From contig CAZWTX010000023.1 of assembly GCA_964637135.1 (NCBI GenBank), forward strand, positions 1 to 41,387: a stretch of DNA of 41,387 nt. The letters are read 5' to 3'. Below, piece by piece: positions 38,490 to 41,387 of the stretch. This stretch comes from an uncultured Methanospirillum sp. GTDB taxonomy: Archaea > Halobacteriota > Methanomicrobia > Methanomicrobiales > Methanospirillaceae. Both the position numbers and the translations under genes were made by a program. Each line of letters opens with the position of its first letter. The first letter of the stretch is position 1. Below the pieces are notes generated by a model that was not told the DNA's origin, searched no databases, and saw only the letters and a list, made by a program, of their open reading frames with translations.

Positions 38490-39907
38490 TCCCGGTTTGT
38501 CTTAATTCTTATTTTGAAACCACCGTTTTTCCGCCGGGACCTGATATACCGGTACCCGAGAATGAGAATAACCAGAACCAGGATACCGGCACCGATCTCA
38601 TAAACCGGAATCCGGCCTATACCGGCTCCGAAATTACCCATAAAGCCGGGACCGCGGGAGCCCCGGGAAGCCATCTCACCCGGCCCTCCGCTTCCAGTTC
38701 CGGGCATACCTGTCCCCTGGGACAATACTGCCTGGTTAATGGTGGTATTTTTCAGGTACACATTCCCGTCTTCATCCTTGAAGGAGATCCTGAGGGGTAC
38801 TTCCCGACCGGTTCCCGAGGGAAGGGCCAGTTCGAAACTTGAGAAATCATCCGGTTCGAGGGTTCCGATGACATACCTGCTGTTTGGATTTTCATCAGCG
38901 TCCGGAGTGGCAAGGGAGACGATCAGGGCATAGGCATATTCAATCCCGGCATTGGAGATATCTCCACTAATCATGCCGGATCCGCCATTTTGGGTTATCT
39001 CGACATTACTGATGACCGGATCAGCTGCACGTTTATCTTCCCCGAATAAGACCGGAATCGTCAGGCTGGTTACGTGGGAATTGATCCCGCTCCAGTACGT
39101 AATATTGAAGACGATATCACCCGCCATTGCAGGAGTCACCCTGAACTGGACACGGGTAGAATTATGTGCGTTTATCTGTCCGACGAAGTAAGAAGACTGG
39201 TTGAATACCATTCCCTCACCAGCGGGAGTGATCTGGACACCGGTTATCGGAACATTCTTTGGATTGCCGATGAGGAGGGTAATGTCATCGCTTCTTCCCT
39301 GTACAAACGGATCAGGAATGTTAACCGCTGAAAGAGAGAGCTGGGCTTCTTCTACCCTGACCGGTATGGTATATTTCAGGGATCCATTTGGGAAATTCAG
39401 GTAGAAAACCGGATAATAGATTCCATCCGGCCGGTCAGCCACGATGGTAAAGGTAAAATCTATGGACGAACCGGGAGCAATCCGGCGCATGGTATTGTAC
39501 GTGTCATGGTTCAATACCGTGATCTCTTTCGAGATCAGTTGTCCGTCGGTGATCTCAACACTTGAATTTCCGTTGTTGGTAACGGTGATCGTCACAAGGG
39601 CAGTATCACCCCGTATGAGGATGTCGGGGTCAACCGAGTATGTTGTCACGGCAACATTCCCCGAACCATCATCATCAGCGGAAACGGGGCCGGGCATCGA
39701 GAAAAGAAGCAGCACGGCTACCAGGATGAGAAAACCCGGGGTAAATCCCCGGAACCATCCTCTTTTTTCTTTGTTGACGGGTATAGAACAGTGAGTTATG
39801 CTCGTTCGTTCCTTATTCGTCATGTTTTTTCGCGAATTGTGCATAATATAGCCTTTCATTTCAGATTGAAGAGAGAATAATATTCTGGATGAACGGGTTA
39901 GTATCAC
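38486..39907 (-). CDS. COG1361 S-layer-domain / Ig-like protein, membrane-anchored
   Basis: Signal-like helix ending PVSA, Ig-like repeats, IGTLEPDDFSSFEL, C-terminal TM helix plus basic tail. The true start is probably downstream (39844 or 39823). Confidence 0.82.
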   Translation of the reverse strand: MILTRSSRILFSLQSEMKGYIMHNSRKNMTNKERTSITHCSIPVNKEKRGWFRGFTPGFLILVAVLLLFSMPGPVSADDDGSGNVAVTTYSVDPDILIRGDTALVTITVTNNGNSSVEITDGQLISKEITVLNHDTYNTMRRIAPGSSIDFTFTIVADRPDGIYYPVFYLNFPNGSLKYTIPVRVEEAQLSLSAVNIPDPFVQGRSDDITLLIGNPKNVPITGVQITPAGEGMVFNQSSYFVGQINAHNSTRVQFRVTPAMAGDIVFNITYWSGINSHVTSLTIPVLFGEDKRAADPVISNVEITQNGGSGMISGDISNAGIEYAYALIVSLATPDADENPNSRYVIGTLEPDDFSSFELALPSGTGREVPLRISFKDEDGNVYLKNTTINQAVLSQGTGMPGTGSGGPGEMASRGSRGPGFMGNFGAGIGRIPVYEIGAGILVLVILILGYRYIRSRRKNGGFKIRIKTNRD

Positions 39908-40211
39908 CGTACATTGTTTGGTCAGGATGGGAGACCGGCAAGCCCGGCCATGCCCCGTAGGATCGGTTCTGCCATGACATCATAATTATGAAGGATACTC
40001 TCCGCATCGGAGCCGGTCTATCCGGAAACGAATCTCCGTGCTGCCGGATTCCGTATGAGGATGTCCGGAGAAGACCAGGGGGTACAGTATCTACGTCATC
40101 ATGAAGTAGGGATAAAAAAATACCATCTCACTGGTTGAACATCCAACCGGGGGGTACACTATTCCCTGAGGAAAACCAGGATAATCCGGAAAAATTGCAG
40201 GATACGGGAGA

Positions 40212-41387
40212 TCACTTCGTGATATTCACAGATTCGATAGCATCGAGAAATTCCCGGATATTACTGAATCGTTCGGAGGGATCTGCTTTTAATGCTCTGA
40301 TGATCACCAGGTCATACCCGGCGAGACGGGACGAAAACTCCGATGGGAGGGAAAACCGGTTCTCCTGGATGTTCTGAAACATATCACCGATACTGTCAGT
40401 ATCATAGGGGGGTCTGCCACACAGGAGTTCATAGAAAAGAACTCCGAGCTGGTAGAGATCGATCCGCTCGTCACCGGCGCCATACCTGGCAGGTGCAAGT
40501 TGTTCCGGGGTGGCATACTGGAGGGAAAAACTCAGGTTCCTGGTCTCGTCTCTCTTTGAGAGGGAACGGGATAATCCCCAGTCAGTGAGTTTACAGGTTC
40601 CTTCATTCGTTACCAGCACGTTTCCCGGCTTTATATCCCGGTGAATGACCCCCTTTTCATGGGCATACGCAAGAGCAGAGGCTATATCCCTGATGATACT
40701 CACAGCACGCCCCGGAGAGACCGGCCGGGTCATGTCGCGAAGGGTTCTCGGGATATACTCGATCTCGACATATGGAACCGGAAAAATGTTATGATCCAGG
40801 ATTTGTGCAATATTCGGGTGATCGAGATCACGCCAGAGAAGGATTTCATTCAGAAAGGTTCTCCCACTCTCTTCATCAGCGGAGAATGGAATCTTCACTG
40901 CCACCTCACGATCATCGTCAACCCTCATGGCCCGGTACACAATTGCCATTCCCCCGCTCCCGATCACCCTGATATCGCGGTACTTTCCAAGCAGTTTCCC
41001 GGGAAATGACAACGGGATCTCAATACCGTCAGATACCGGGCGGTTCAGGGTGATGACACCGGGTGAATCAGTACCCGGGTGATCCATGCGGGTAACATAT
41101 CCGCAGAAAAGGGATAAAACCGCTCCGGGAATGTATAGCGTGGTTATTGCAAGGAGGGTCAGGGAAAACGGTCCAAAAACAGGACTTCTGACCGTTATGA
41201 GGATGATGATACCAATGAAGGTGAAGAGGATATGAACATGGTGCAATGGCTGGAGGGGGCGGTTTGCATAGAGAGACCACGCCTGGAACAGGGAGGAGAG
41301 GATCAGAAAGAGTTGAATCCCGATGAACGAATAGGCCTGCTGCGGCATTGGATTGATCATCGGCTCAAGGCTGGTCAGGTGAAAGAG
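40212..41387 (-). CDS. Membrane-bound Ser/Thr protein kinase, 5'-truncated by the window
   Basis: GSGGMAIVY, VAVK, HRDIKPGN, DWG, YATPEQ, DLYQLG; N-terminal TM helices; frame stays open to the window end. Confidence 0.92.
   Translation of the reverse strand, partial: LFHLTSLEPMINPMPQQAYSFIGIQLFLILSSLFQAWSLYANRPLQPLHHVHILFTFIGIIILITVRSPVFGPFSLTLLAITTLYIPGAVLSLFCGYVTRMDHPGTDSPGVITLNRPVSDGIEIPLSFPGKLLGKYRDIRVIGSGGMAIVYRAMRVDDDREVAVKIPFSADEESGRTFLNEILLWRDLDHPNIAQILDHNIFPVPYVEIEYIPRTLRDMTRPVSPGRAVSIIRDIASALAYAHEKGVIHRDIKPGNVLVTNEGTCKLTDWGLSRSLSKRDETRNLSFSLQYATPEQLAPARYGAGDERIDLYQLGVLFYELLCGRPPYDTDSIGDMFQNIQENRFSLPSEFSSRLAGYDLVIIRALKADPSERFSNIREFLDAIESVNITK

Noticed and set aside
1..41387. CRISPR array, transposase, integrase, rRNA, or Sec/Pyl read-through
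   Set aside because: No regularly spaced repeats, DDE or tyrosine-recombinase motifs, or in-frame stops splitting a recognisable domain were seen. Frequent CCGG/ACCGGT words look like genome-wide composition rather than a repeat family.

Overview
This is an archaeal chromosomal segment. The gene set (EF-1alpha, CetZ, split GMP synthase subunit A, HTH-PAS regulator, COG1361 proteins) points to a methanogen of the Methanomicrobiales, probably Methanospirillum-like; that assignment is an inference. About 39 CDS are supportable. The left half is mostly housekeeping: glycosylation genes flanking a cetZ plus membrane-protein operon, rpsJ-tuf, divergent cobS and cobT, and a cobT-guaAA-YkgJ-TraB-dph6-GATase run, followed by an RMD1-like gene, LEA_2, a K+ channel and amt. 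The right half is more accessory. It holds a PP2C phosphatase / Ser-Thr kinase-TPR / Zn-ribbon-FHA cluster, a frameshifted GNAT, MarR, two COG1361+exporter modules (RND and MacB-type ABC), an HTH-PAS regulator, an orphan ilvB, a Mesh1-like HD hydrolase, an RRM protein with an SR-like tail and a second membrane kinase cut by the window end. I found no rRNA, tRNA, CRISPR array or transposase. The best leads are the writer/eraser/reader phospho-signalling triad, a glutaminase translationally coupled to Dph6, a CetZ partner protein plus an unannotated 43-aa coiled-coil microprotein, a 100-bp fold-back element, and several operator-like palindromes.
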